A DNA stretch of 58,266 nucleotides from an uncultured Bdellovibrionales bacterium (GCA_964500505.1 CAZCNN010000004.1:1-58266), one strand, 5' to 3'. Shown: positions 4,936-13,448, counted from the stretch's first letter. Numbers and translations: made by a program. Notes: generated by a model not told the origin, from the sequence alone.

Positions 4936-7461
4936 ATGGAGTGGAAGCGATTTACGGTCGAGGGTGTCGATCAGGCACTCGTCGAGCTCGAAACATCTCA
5001 GACTGGCCTGGCGACCGATGAAGCCAAGAGACGACTGCGTGAAGAACGCGAGCATCAGATCAAGCCGGGTACTTCTGCCTTGTGGAAAACGCTCAAAACG
5101 AGGCTGTCCTCGTCGTTTCTCTATCTCCTCTTGGCGGCTGCAGGCCTCTCCTTTTTTCTGGGCGATATGCTCGAGGGGACGCTCATTCTTCTCTTTGTGG
5201 GTATCAACCTCGCCCTGGAGACCTACCAAGAGTATCACTCGGCTCGAGCTCTCTCCCTCCTCAAACGCTATCTCGTGGTACATTCGCGTGCCTATCGCAA
5301 CGGTCGCTTGACGCGCATCGAGAGTACCAAGGTCGTATCGGGTGATATCATTTTGGTAGAGGCGGGGGATCGCCTGCCAGCAGATGTCCGATTTCTTCAT
5401 ACCAATGGTCTCGCTATCGACGAAAGCGTCATGACAGGAGAGTCGCTTCCCGCACAGAAAATTGCCGGACTTCTCTCCGTGCCAGCGGTTGAGATGCACG
5501 AGGCACACAATATCGGGTTTGCCGGGACTGTGGTGACGAGTGGTTGGGGCGAGGGGGTCGTATTTGCGACTGGTTCTGAGACTGCCTTTGGCGATATCGC
5601 TACGCTCACCGAAGAGACGGACAAGGAGACCGCCTTTGAAAAGGGGATTCGCGAGTTTAGCCGCTTTATCCTAAAGCTAGTCCTCTTTACACTTGCAATC
5701 ATCTATGTGGCGAGTGTGCTCATTCACGGTGAACGGACGAGTAGTATCGAACTCCTCATCTTTTCTCTCGCTCTCGCCGTCTCAGTGGTACCCGAGGCGC
5801 TCCCGGTCATCCTCACGGTAGCACTCTCACGAGGATCGCTCCGTCTGGCAGAAAAAAAGGTGGTAGTGAAGCGCCTCTCTGCTATCGAAGATCTCGGCAG
5901 TATCGAGGTCCTCTGCTGTGACAAGACTGGGACACTCACTGAGAATCTCCTCACCGTTTCACAGGTCAAGGCAAAGCATGAGCGCGAAGTTCTGAAGCTC
6001 GCTTTTGCCAGTTGTCTCGTGGTCCCGACCGACCGGGGCAAGCTCCATGATGCTTTTGATCTCGCCCTTTGGCAAGCGCTCACACCCAAGGAGCATGCCG
6101 AGATGAAGCGAGGTAAGCGTCTCGACAGTATCCCATTTGATCCAGAGCGGAGACGGAACAGTGTCCTCTACGAGGATGCAACCGGGACGAGCGTGATCGT
6201 GCGTGGTGCGCCTGAGGAAATCCTCCTTCGCTCACGCGATGTCTCAGCCTATGAACGCAAAGATCTGATGCAGTGGGTGGCGAAAGCGGGCCGAGAAGGT
6301 GACCGAGTGATTGCGCTGGCTCGCAAAGACTTTGCCAAGGGAAGGAAGTATACTCTCTACGAAGAAGATCATCTCGAATTTGTGGGCCTTATCGCCTTCC
6401 GTGACGAACTCAAACCCACCGCACGGGAGACTATCGCCCGAGCCAAGAGTCTCGGAGTGACGGTCAAAATTATCACCGGTGACAGTCAGGAAGTCTCTGG
6501 TGCGGTCGGCCATGCGGTAGGACTGATCCAAAATCCGGATATGGTAGTGACCGGTAAGATGCTTGATGAGATGACGGAGACAGAGCGTCGGACCGCCATC
6601 TGGGAAGGCGTCGTGTTTGCTCGAGTCTCACCTCGACAGAAATTTGATATCATCAAGATCCTAGAGGAGAAGCACGATGTCGGATTCCTCGGTGAGGGGA
6701 TCAATGATGCCCCGGCCCTCAAACTGGCCAATGTCGCCATCGTGGTTGAGAGTGCCTCGGACATCGCCCGCGAAGCAGCTGATGTGGTGTTACTCAAGAA
6801 AAGTCTCGGGACGGTGATCGATGGTATCCGCGAGGGGCGGACTATCTTTGCCAATATTCTCAAGTATCTGCGCGTGACACTTACTTCAAATTTTGGAAAC
6901 TTTTATTCAGTCGCGCTCGCCTCGCTCTTTATCCCGTTTGTGCCACTCCTCCCGCTCCAGATTCTCCTCCTCAATCTCCTCTCAGACTTTCCTATGATTG
7001 CGATTGCCACGGACACGGTGGATCCGGAGGAACTGGAGAAGCCCAAGAACTATCAGGTGCACAGTGTGGTCCTTATGGCGACGCTCCTCGGTGGAGTGAG
7101 CTCGGTCTTCGACTTTATCCTCTTTGGTGCGCTCTATCGGGTCTCGCCTGAGACACTCCAGACCGCCTGGTTTCTCCTCTCAGTCATTACTGAGATTATC
7201 CTCATCTTTTCGCTCCGCACCCGGTTTAAGTTTTTCTTGGCCAAGCGGGCATCACCGACCCTTCTCTTTCTCTCGTTCGGAGCGTTCCTCTTTGCGCTGG
7301 CCTTGCCATTTATACCCTATATGACGGGACTCCTTCACTTTGTGCGACCGACGCCCGAGCTCCTTCTCTTTGTGACCGTACTGGCCGCGGGCTACTTTAT
7401 TGCGACAGAAGCGGTCAAGAGCTTTTATTATCGTCATGTCCACGCCACCGCTCGCTCATAG
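4936..7461 (+). CDS. Cation-transporting P-type ATPase (P2/P3-type, Mg2+/Ca2+-ATPase-like)
   Basis: TGES actuator motif, phosphorylation site CCDKTGTLT, hinge GEGINDAPALKLANV, N-terminal cation-ATPase domain, about 10 TM segments. Confidence 0.92.
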   Translation: MEWKRFTVEGVDQALVELETSQTGLATDEAKRRLREEREHQIKPGTSALWKTLKTRLSSSFLYLLLAAAGLSFFLGDMLEGTLILLFVGINLALETYQEYHSARALSLLKRYLVVHSRAYRNGRLTRIESTKVVSGDIILVEAGDRLPADVRFLHTNGLAIDESVMTGESLPAQKIAGLLSVPAVEMHEAHNIGFAGTVVTSGWGEGVVFATGSETAFGDIATLTEETDKETAFEKGIREFSRFILKLVLFTLAIIYVASVLIHGERTSSIELLIFSLALAVSVVPEALPVILTVALSRGSLRLAEKKVVVKRLSAIEDLGSIEVLCCDKTGTLTENLLTVSQVKAKHEREVLKLAFASCLVVPTDRGKLHDAFDLALWQALTPKEHAEMKRGKRLDSIPFDPERRRNSVLYEDATGTSVIVRGAPEEILLRSRDVSAYERKDLMQWVAKAGREGDRVIALARKDFAKGRKYTLYEEDHLEFVGLIAFRDELKPTARETIARAKSLGVTVKIITGDSQEVSGAVGHAVGLIQNPDMVVTGKMLDEMTETERRTAIWEGVVFARVSPRQKFDIIKILEEKHDVGFLGEGINDAPALKLANVAIVVESASDIAREAADVVLLKKSLGTVIDGIREGRTIFANILKYLRVTLTSNFGNFYSVALASLFIPFVPLLPLQILLLNLLSDFPMIAIATDTVDPEELEKPKNYQVHSVVLMATLLGGVSSVFDFILFGALYRVSPETLQTAWFLLSVITEIILIFSLRTRFKFFLAKRASPTLLFLSFGAFLFALALPFIPYMTGLLHFVRPTPELLLFVTVLAAGYFIATEAVKSFYYRHVHATARS

Positions 7462-7472
7462 CATCACAAAAC

Positions 7473-7504
7473 AAAACCCCCGCCGGAAGCGGGGGATTTT
7501 TTTA
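7473..7504. terminator. Bidirectional rho-independent terminator between the convergent ATPase and thrS genes
   Basis: CCCCCGC-CGGAA-GCGGGGG flanked by an A-run on one side and a T-run on the other. Confidence 0.8.
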
Positions 7505-7513
7505 TCTCGGACA

Positions 7514-8767
7514 CTATTTCTTGTCAGTGACTTCAGCTTGGATGAGGGCCATGGCTTCGGCTACCGTCTGACTCCCGAGTGGGCCATCTCCTCGTTTTTC
7601 GAGCGATACCGTGTTGGCCTCGATTTCCTTGTCGCCGACGACCATGAGGTAGGGGATCTTTTGCATCTTGGCACTGCGGATGCGCTTACCGAGGGATTCA
7701 TCTGAGGCATCGAGTTCGGCTCGGAGACCGGCCTGGAGGAGTGACTCGACAACACTCTTCCCATACGCGTGGTGGCCACCCCCGACTGGGAGGACGACGA
7801 CCTGGACCGGAGCGAGCCAAGTCGGGAACGCACCCGCATAGTGCTCGATAAGCACGCTCATAAAACGCTCAATAGATCCCATAATGGCACAGTGAATCAT
7901 GGCGATGCGTTCCTTTTCTCCTTTTTCATTGATACAGGTGAGGTCAAAACGGTCAGGAAGGTTGAGATCGAGCTGGATGGTTGCTACTTGCCATTCACGA
8001 CCAAGAGAATCAGTAGCCATGAAGTCAATTTTTGGACCATAGAGTGCTGCCTCACCTAGACCATCGAGGTATTCAACTTTTTCTTTTTTGAGGATACTTT
8101 CGATTTGATCCTCGGCATCCTTCCAGATTTCTTTTGTTCCTAGGTATTTTTCAAAGTGTGTCGGATCATGACGAGAAAAGCGTACCATGAGAGTCGTGAA
8201 ACCAAAGGTCGTGTAAAAGGTGCGGATAATATCCCATACCTTGAGCATCTCTTCTTCAATCTGGTTCCGACGGCAAAACACATGGGCATCGTCCTGAGTA
8301 AGGGAGCGGACACGGGCAAGGCCATTTAATTCTCCGGATTGCTCATCTCGATAGCACATCGTGGTGTTGGCGTAGCGCTGGGGGAGCTCACGGTAACTGA
8401 ATGGACGACGAGCGTAGATTTGTGTGTGATGTGGGCAATTCATGGGCTTCATAGCAAACTCGTAGCCTTCACGAGTGGTGATACGAAAGAGTTCATCCTT
8501 GAATTTATCCCAATGCCCACTTTTTTCGTACAGATCTTTCTTGGTAATGTGGGGGATTTCTACTCGTTCAAAACCATGACGTTTACGTAGTTGCCAGACG
8601 TATTCATCAAGAAGGTTGCGGATCAGAGTACCGCGCGGTGTCCACAGAGGGAGTCCTGAACCAACGAGGTCAGAAAAAGTAAAGAGGTCGAGCTCTTGGC
8701 CAAGTCGGCGGTGGTCATTTGGGGCGAGGATAGATGGGTCTTCGCTAGTAATTGGTTGGTCAGCCAT
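7514..8767 (-). CDS. thrS: Threonyl-tRNA synthetase, catalytic plus anticodon-binding domains only
   Basis: DHRRLGQELDLFTF, class II core (FRITTREGYEFAMKPMNCPHH, YRDEQSGEL, RVRSLTQDDAHVF), C-terminal anticodon domain (VVVLPVGG). At 417 aa the N-terminal TGS/editing domains are absent. Confidence 0.92.
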   Translation of the reverse strand: MADQPITSEDPSILAPNDHRRLGQELDLFTFSDLVGSGLPLWTPRGTLIRNLLDEYVWQLRKRHGFERVEIPHITKKDLYEKSGHWDKFKDELFRITTREGYEFAMKPMNCPHHTQIYARRPFSYRELPQRYANTTMCYRDEQSGELNGLARVRSLTQDDAHVFCRRNQIEEEMLKVWDIIRTFYTTFGFTTLMVRFSRHDPTHFEKYLGTKEIWKDAEDQIESILKKEKVEYLDGLGEAALYGPKIDFMATDSLGREWQVATIQLDLNLPDRFDLTCINEKGEKERIAMIHCAIMGSIERFMSVLIEHYAGAFPTWLAPVQVVVLPVGGGHHAYGKSVVESLLQAGLRAELDASDESLGKRIRSAKMQKIPYLMVVGDKEIEANTVSLEKRGDGPLGSQTVAEAMALIQAEVTDKK

Positions 8768-8794
8768 AGGAATGAGAGATAAGGATATGTCCTC

Positions 8795-8823
8795 ATCATA
8801 GCGTCATGTGCGGGGCGGAGCAA
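8795..8823 (-). promoter_or_regulatory. Putative thrS promoter (TTGCTC-17-TATGAT on the minus strand)
   Basis: Reverse complement of 8818-8823 is TTGCTC and of 8795-8800 is TATGAT. Spacer is 17 nt. Confidence 0.4.
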
Positions 8824-8831
8824 GCGTGGTA

Positions 8832-8859
8832 TTGACAAAACACAAGAACATGCTACGCT
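8832..8859 (+). promoter_or_regulatory. Putative promoter (TTGACA-16-TACGCT) divergent from thrS
   Basis: TTGACA at 8832-8837 and TACGCT at 8854-8859. Confidence 0.4.
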
Positions 8860-8865
8860 ATGAGT

Positions 8866-8959
8866 AGTTCTTTGTCCCCTTTCTTGGCTCCTCCTGGCAC
8901 AGACCCCTGTGCTTTCCACGTCCCGTTGCACCCTCGCGTGCTCGGGACGTCCTTTTTTT
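8866..8959 (+). ncRNA. Candidate small RNA (about 95 nt) with a C/U-rich 5' region and an intrinsic terminator
   Basis: Plus-strand terminator ACGTCCCG-17nt-CGGGACGT followed by CC and T7 (8918-8959), although both flanking genes are on the minus strand. Internal hairpin GCACAG-ACCC-CTGTGC. The 5' segment CUUUGUCCCCUUUCUUGGCUCCUCCUGG contains an anti-Shine-Dalgarno-like CUCCUCC. Confidence 0.4.
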
Positions 8960-10367
8960 ACTTCTTTTCTTCAACTTCCTGAATGGTCAGGTGGAGATCT
9001 TTTTTGAGTTCGGTGGTTTGATCAAAGGTTTTACCATCTTTGGTCTTGATGTGTACCGAGACGGGGACAGTGCCGACACCTGATTGCTTTTGAATGAGAA
9101 GCTTGTAGTCGTTCTCGGTAACCGTCTCAGGGAGTTCATACTTAAGCATTCCCTGTGTTTCACCACCGATAAGCACATCGACAAAGACGCCGAAATACGT
9201 TTTGCCAAAGGCTTCATCCGTGAGGGGTGAGCCGACGAGTTTACGCTCAAGGAGTTTGGCTCCCTTGGGGACATAGGCGCGGAGGTAGGTGTGGTAGTCG
9301 CTCGTCCGCCAGTCTCCATAGGCCGCCGTGTGCTTGTAGGTATAGAGGACGGTAGCAACTGGCTTTTCACCGGTGAAATCAACCGTGTAGTCAAGCGAGC
9401 GCCTCATGTAGTAGTCACTCTTGAGCGCCCCCATGTTGGCATCGACGAGCATAAGATAATCACCAGCCCAGTCCTCCGCTACCGAACCATCCCAGTGGAC
9501 ACTCTCGACAAGCGCCTGGAGATTGGGATCAGCAAACCAGAGCATGACATCGCGGTTCCGGAGTTCATTCTGGGTAAATTCGGCCAGTTTCGGGGCGTTC
9601 CCTACCGTGGCCACGCGGTTCATGATTTCGGCCGCAATCTTTTTCATGATGGCCTTGCGATTTTGTTTCAGTTCTGCTGGTACATCTTCACCGAGGTAGG
9701 CCCGTTCGACGCGCTCTTCGAGTTTGTAGGCGCCGTCATCACTCGTGTAGGTGTGAGAATCACCAGGGATTTTGATTGGTCCAGTCACCGCGAGGATGTT
9801 GTTGAAGACGTGGGAGTTGACCCCGATGACTGCATCAAACTTTTCTCGGCCACCTGAGAGACGGTAAAAATACTGGGCCTTTTCGGCGTTGGTCGGGAAG
9901 TCAGGGGAAAAGTTCGAGTCACGGAATTTCCAGTTTTTGAGCTGGAGCTTACGCTTGAACGGATAGGGCGGAGTAATCTTGGCCACGATACGCTGATCGA
10001 GGAGGTTGGCATCTTCGACGTAGGTCGAGACAACGGCGGCATTCTTGACTTTGACGATGGCATATTGGCCGAGGAAACCACCACCAGGACGGAGCTCATC
10101 AGCGTTTTGGAGGAGGATGAGGAAGACGCGAGTTTTGTCATCTTGCTTGGTAAGTTCAGTGACGAGCTGATTCACCACCTCGAGCTCTTTCTTGGTATCT
10201 TCGGCGATGGGGAGGAGTTTGGAGACTTTCTGGAGGATATTGAGCGAGCCGACGGCAAACTCGGTTTTGTGCTCCTTGGCGTAAAAGAACGTAAAGTAGC
10301 CCCCAATAGAGACGATAAGAACGACGACCAGGGCGATAATCCAGCCCTTAGTGAGGAATGCAGGCAT
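8958..10367 (-). CDS. DUF4012 domain-containing membrane-anchored protein
   Basis: LQNADELRPGGGFLGQYAIVKV signature and an N-terminal TM segment (WIIALVVVLIVSIGGYF). Start set at ATG 10367 (MPAFLTKGW), downstream of a minus-strand TATACT at 10396-10401. The longest ORF runs to 10424. Confidence 0.85.
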   Translation of the reverse strand: MPAFLTKGWIIALVVVLIVSIGGYFTFFYAKEHKTEFAVGSLNILQKVSKLLPIAEDTKKELEVVNQLVTELTKQDDKTRVFLILLQNADELRPGGGFLGQYAIVKVKNAAVVSTYVEDANLLDQRIVAKITPPYPFKRKLQLKNWKFRDSNFSPDFPTNAEKAQYFYRLSGGREKFDAVIGVNSHVFNNILAVTGPIKIPGDSHTYTSDDGAYKLEERVERAYLGEDVPAELKQNRKAIMKKIAAEIMNRVATVGNAPKLAEFTQNELRNRDVMLWFADPNLQALVESVHWDGSVAEDWAGDYLMLVDANMGALKSDYYMRRSLDYTVDFTGEKPVATVLYTYKHTAAYGDWRTSDYHTYLRAYVPKGAKLLERKLVGSPLTDEAFGKTYFGVFVDVLIGGETQGMLKYELPETVTENDYKLLIQKQSGVGTVPVSVHIKTKDGKTFDQTTELKKDLHLTIQEVEEKK

Positions 10368-10474
10368 GAGAATATAAAAAAAATTAGACCTTGCTAGTAT
10401 ACCAGAAAAGCCTTCCTCCCGCACCCTTTACGAGCAGAGCCAAAATACGTTACAATGGCCCTGCTGAGAAAAAA

Positions 10475-10542
10475 GCGGGTATAGTATAGTGGTAATACCC
10501 GCCTACCGGCAGGCAGGCGTGACCCCACCAGACCGTTAGAAC
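10475..10542 (+). repeat. tRNA-like 5' element plus CCTACCGGCAGG palindrome in the tRNA-Gly(CCC) leader
   Basis: GCGGGTA-TA-GTAT-AGTGGTA-ATAC mimics an acceptor strand and D arm, but also folds as an 8-bp hairpin GCGGGTAT/ATACCCGC. No anticodon or T arm follows. Confidence 0.55.
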
Positions 10543-10613
10543 GCGAGAGTAGTACAATGGTAGTACACTGGCTTCCCAAGCCAGGGACGCGAGTTCGATT
10601 CTCGTCTCTCGCT
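10543..10613 (+). tRNA. tRNA-Gly (anticodon CCC)
   Basis: GCGAGAG/CTCTCGC acceptor, U73, anticodon loop TT-CCC-AA, T arm GCGAG-TTCGATT-CTCGT. Confidence 0.93.
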
Positions 10614-10616
10614 CAA

Positions 10617-10675
10617 ATTGCGGTCAGGCAGGCAGGGATTTTTACCTGTCCTTTGGCGGGCTCTTTACCCGCTCA
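10617..10675 (+). repeat. tRNA-Gly(CCC) trailer element homologous to 2738-2782
   Basis: ATTGCGGTCAGG is shared with 58052-58063. GGCAGG-GATTTTTA-CCTGTC parallels GGGCGGG-GATTTTTA-CCCGTCC with an A-T to G-C compensatory change. It ends TACCCGC-TCA, complementary to GCGGGTA at 10475. Confidence 0.6.
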
Positions 10676-10680
10676 AATAA

Positions 10681-10715
10681 AACCGTCCCTTTATGGGGCG
10701 GTTTTGCTATTTTGC
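10681..10715. terminator. Terminator shared by the tRNA unit (+) and the convergent LTD gene (-)
   Basis: AACCGTCCC-TTTAT-GGGGCGGTT followed by TTGCTATTTTG. The stop codon of the minus-strand gene lies in the loop. Confidence 0.65.
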
Positions 10716-12664
10716 CAATTGTTGAGGGAGGAGTTCCAGTGAATGAAGAGGTGTTTGAACCAAAGGAGAAGGGGCGGGTCAGACGGTGGTGGCGTAATTG
10801 GAGTGGACACTGGTTCGAGTTCGGTCGTGCTCGCCCCGAGGACGGCCGGGTCGCCAAGGGCTTCCTCAGGAATATCCTCTGGAAGTGCTTGGGGCACAAG
10901 CTCTACTTCAGTCGTAGGCGGAGCCGCCGGTTCGGGTGAGGCTACTGGGTCCGTAGGTGTCGGTAGTGCACTCACAACGGGTAGAGGCTCTTCATTTACT
11001 ACTTCATCAGTGTTGCCTTCTTCTGTATCAGGCGCTTCAGTCTCATCCCATTCCCAACGCTTACCTTTTTCCTTGCGGTACACGACATCCTCTGCCACTG
11101 ACTTCGAGAGTTTGTACTTGATATCTTGGAGGACTTTGCCATCGGGGGCACGGAGCTCGAGCTTGCCTTTTTGGTTGGGGAGGGTGAAGAGGGAAAATTC
11201 TCGCGTGAGTTTTCTCTCAGAGTGGGGCGGGATGATAAAGCTCTCACGGATGGGATGATTGGAGAGTTTCTTCCAGCCGGAGGCGATACCGTAACCTTTG
11301 AGATCAATCGCTTTCTTCCCGCGGTTTTCAATCATGAGCCACTCTCCATCACTATCTTTGCCACTCGGGTTGGGGACGAGCGCCGTGATACGGATATTGG
11401 GCTTGGGGAGGGAGGCGATTTTGAGAGCAAAGGTCTCCAAGACATCATCGGATCCATCGGTCGTCGTGAGTGTAACCTGGTAGGTGCCGTTCTTTTCGTA
11501 ACGATGTTCCGTTTTTTCTTTGTAACTTTTGTGACCATCACCAAAGTCCCAGGTGTACTTGAGGGTGCTGCCGTCACTGTCTTTGCCCCGAGCATCAAAG
11601 GTGATAGCTATGCCCCGGTAGCCTTTCTTCGGTACCTTCTCCTTGGTCTCAGGGAGAGTGTTGACGATATTTAGTTGGCCAGGCGTCGGCGTGCCCCCAC
11701 GCCAGCTCTTTCCGGTGAAATTGAGTGAGACGCCCTCCTTGGTTTTGGCATAGGTCATGCTATCGACGAGGAGACCGCCCGCATCAAAGAGGGAGAGCGT
11801 TTCGTCAGTATTGTTGAGCGAGAGTTTGGAGACGCTCCGCTCCAAGACAAAATAGCCAAGAGCCGAGATAGGGGAACTCGGAGGAAAAGTGTACTCGCCG
11901 GTTTTCGAGTCATCACGGAGGCGAAAGCTAGTGAGGTCGATTGGTCCATCACTGGGATTGTAGAGTTCAATAAACTCCGCCGACTCATCGCCTCTTGGAT
12001 TCGCGAACACCTCATTTATACGAACCGGACTCAGGGAAGAGAGCGCTGAATCAGGAGCAACAGATGGTGTTTCGAGGTAGACCTCACCTCGGCTGTTGGT
12101 GGGTGTGGGAGCTACATCGGTGGCCCAGCCGAGAGTGACCGGGTCGCGGGTGAGACTTTTCCCGGCACCAGGATTCTGAAGGAGCGGCGTCTCGGGCGTG
12201 AAGGGAGCGCCGGTACCCCATGCGACGCTGTCGATGAGGATGCCACTCACACCTGACTCCGTAAAGAGGCCAATACTATTATTATCAGCGAGCGCTGATG
12301 AGCCCCCTTCGACATCAGCGTAGGGGAGGGCGTAGCGACCAGCACTGTGCGCGAAGAGCCAGTAACCTTCCGCTGGTACGGTAGTGCCGGCGCCAAAGAC
12401 TTTGATCGAACTCTCACTCCCACTACTCGTGCGTCGACGGAGTTGCATGCCCGAGAGATCGATGGAGGCGTCGGTAAGATTACGAATCTCGATATATTCG
12501 TCCGTGACAGATTCTCCTTTCGTCTGGACCTCACTCAAGATGAGCGGAGGTGTCGCTCCGTGCGAGGGAGAAGATAGAAATAGGAAGGGCAGACATCCGA
12601 GTGCGAGAGCACTTCGGAAGAAAACACACTTCATAGGGAAGAAGAATGGTAATACCTCTTTCAT
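10691..12664 (-). CDS. Secreted lamin-tail-domain (three LTD copies) plus PKD-domain protein with a Pro/Thr/Glu-rich C-terminal region
   Basis: LTD-like segments (ILSEVQTKGESVTDEYIEIRNLTDASIDLSGMQL; VRINEVFANPRGDESAEFIELYNPSDGPIDL; ITALVPNPSGKDSDGEWLMIENRGKKAIDL). PKD signature KYTWDFGDGH...GTYQVTLTTTD. Signal peptide present. ATG 12664 preferred over TTG 12688. Confidence 0.8.
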   Translation of the reverse strand: MKEVLPFFFPMKCVFFRSALALGCLPFLFLSSPSHGATPPLILSEVQTKGESVTDEYIEIRNLTDASIDLSGMQLRRRTSSGSESSIKVFGAGTTVPAEGYWLFAHSAGRYALPYADVEGGSSALADNNSIGLFTESGVSGILIDSVAWGTGAPFTPETPLLQNPGAGKSLTRDPVTLGWATDVAPTPTNSRGEVYLETPSVAPDSALSSLSPVRINEVFANPRGDESAEFIELYNPSDGPIDLTSFRLRDDSKTGEYTFPPSSPISALGYFVLERSVSKLSLNNTDETLSLFDAGGLLVDSMTYAKTKEGVSLNFTGKSWRGGTPTPGQLNIVNTLPETKEKVPKKGYRGIAITFDARGKDSDGSTLKYTWDFGDGHKSYKEKTEHRYEKNGTYQVTLTTTDGSDDVLETFALKIASLPKPNIRITALVPNPSGKDSDGEWLMIENRGKKAIDLKGYGIASGWKKLSNHPIRESFIIPPHSERKLTREFSLFTLPNQKGKLELRAPDGKVLQDIKYKLSKSVAEDVVYRKEKGKRWEWDETEAPDTEEGNTDEVVNEEPLPVVSALPTPTDPVASPEPAAPPTTEVELVPQALPEDIPEEALGDPAVLGASTTELEPVSTPITPPPSDPPLLLWFKHLFIHWNSSLNNWQNSKTAP

Positions 12665-12735
12665 ATCATAATTCTTGTGATTCGACAATGGGAATCTTGT
12701 GAAAAATATGCTACACTCAAACAGGAAACAAAAGT

Positions 12736-13071
12736 ATGGAAAAAAAAGTTACTTCGCAGAAAGAGAAACCGTTTCAATTTGGTCGATTCCTCGATCAGGT
12801 GAGTACGGCACTCACGAGTCATGCTGAGAGCGTCATTGGAAATTGGTTCGCCAGTTTTGAACGAGGCGTGCACGGCCTTCTCGAGAGTGTCTTGAAACGC
12901 TTGACCATCTTCTATTTGGTCCTTTTGGGAGCGACCTTTTTGTTGGTAGGTTGCGCGCGCGTCCTCAATCAAGTGTACGGACTCTCAGGGATAGGAGAGA
13001 TCATCATCGGCACAGTCATCTTTGCACTCGTACTGGTGCTCCTCATGGGTGAAAAATATGTTTCCAAATAA
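12736..13071 (+). CDS. Small two-TM membrane protein (YqjE/DUF1469-like, tentative)
   Basis: 111 aa with two hydrophobic helices (IFYLVLLGATFLLVG, IIIGTVIFALVLVLLM). Adjacent to a YqjD-like gene. Extended -10 TGCTACACT lies upstream. Confidence 0.55.
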   Translation: MEKKVTSQKEKPFQFGRFLDQVSTALTSHAESVIGNWFASFERGVHGLLESVLKRLTIFYLVLLGATFLLVGCARVLNQVYGLSGIGEIIIGTVIFALVLVLLMGEKYVSK

Positions 13072-13091
13072 TTCAGTCTAACGGTACAGTT

Positions 13092-13355
13092 ATGCCAAAG
13101 GCACAAAAGCAGGTAGAGGCAGTCGCAGAGGCTATCAAGAGTAAAGTGGTAGCACAGGTGGACAAGACCAAAGTGATGGCTGAAAAGGAAGTGGCCAAGG
13201 TGAAGAAGCAACTTGAGAGCACCTATGCAACCGTCGAGAGCTACGCCAAGAAGAATCCAGAGAAAGCAGCCGTTGTCGCTGCTGGTATCGGGGCCGCCCT
13301 CGGGGCCGCTATCGCTCTTCTTATGAGCGGTGGCAAAAAGAAGAGCAAGAAGTAA
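13092..13355 (+). CDS. YqjD/ElaB-like (DUF883) tail-anchored membrane protein
   Basis: 87 aa: Lys/Glu-rich helical N-terminal part and a C-terminal anchor AAVVAAGIGAALGAAIALLM followed by KKKSKK. Confidence 0.6.
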   Translation: MPKAQKQVEAVAEAIKSKVVAQVDKTKVMAEKEVAKVKKQLESTYATVESYAKKNPEKAAVVAAGIGAALGAAIALLMSGGKKKSKK

Positions 13356-13373
13356 TTTTTCGTTAGAAAAATT

Positions 13374-13442
13374 ATCCCAAACTTAATTTGGGATCTTTCT
13401 GTGGAGTGAACCCGCTTTGTAAAAGGCGGGTTTTCTGTTTTA
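13374..13442 (+). terminator. Two tandem terminator hairpins
   Basis: ATCCCAAA-CTTAA-TTTGGGAT followed by CTTTCT, then AACCCGC-10nt-GCGGGTT followed by TTCTGTTTT. Confidence 0.65.
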
Positions 13443-13448
13443 GTGTTT

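Noticed and set aside
4516-5508. 330-aa minus-strand ORF
   Set aside because: Entirely antisense to the RNHCP gene and to the well-supported P-type ATPase. Its sequence is low-complexity with no motifs, a typical shadow ORF.
8866-8959. Identity of the ncRNA candidates (8866-8959, 37798-37917, 1482-1809, 56086-56269) as SRP RNA, RNase P RNA, tmRNA or 6S RNA
   Set aside because: I looked for the SRP domain IV motif (GGAA loop with AGCA), the RNase P GGAAAGUCCGG / ACAGAA..GGCUUA boxes, and the tmRNA tRNA-like ends with a tag ORF. None is present. Only a size and shape resemblance to 6S remains for 56086-56269, so no family name is assigned.
10475-10542. A fifth tRNA gene
   Set aside because: Only the acceptor strand and D arm are tRNA-like. 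The would-be anticodon region (CGCCT-ACCGGCAGGC-AGGCG) has a 10-nt loop without U33, and there is no T arm.
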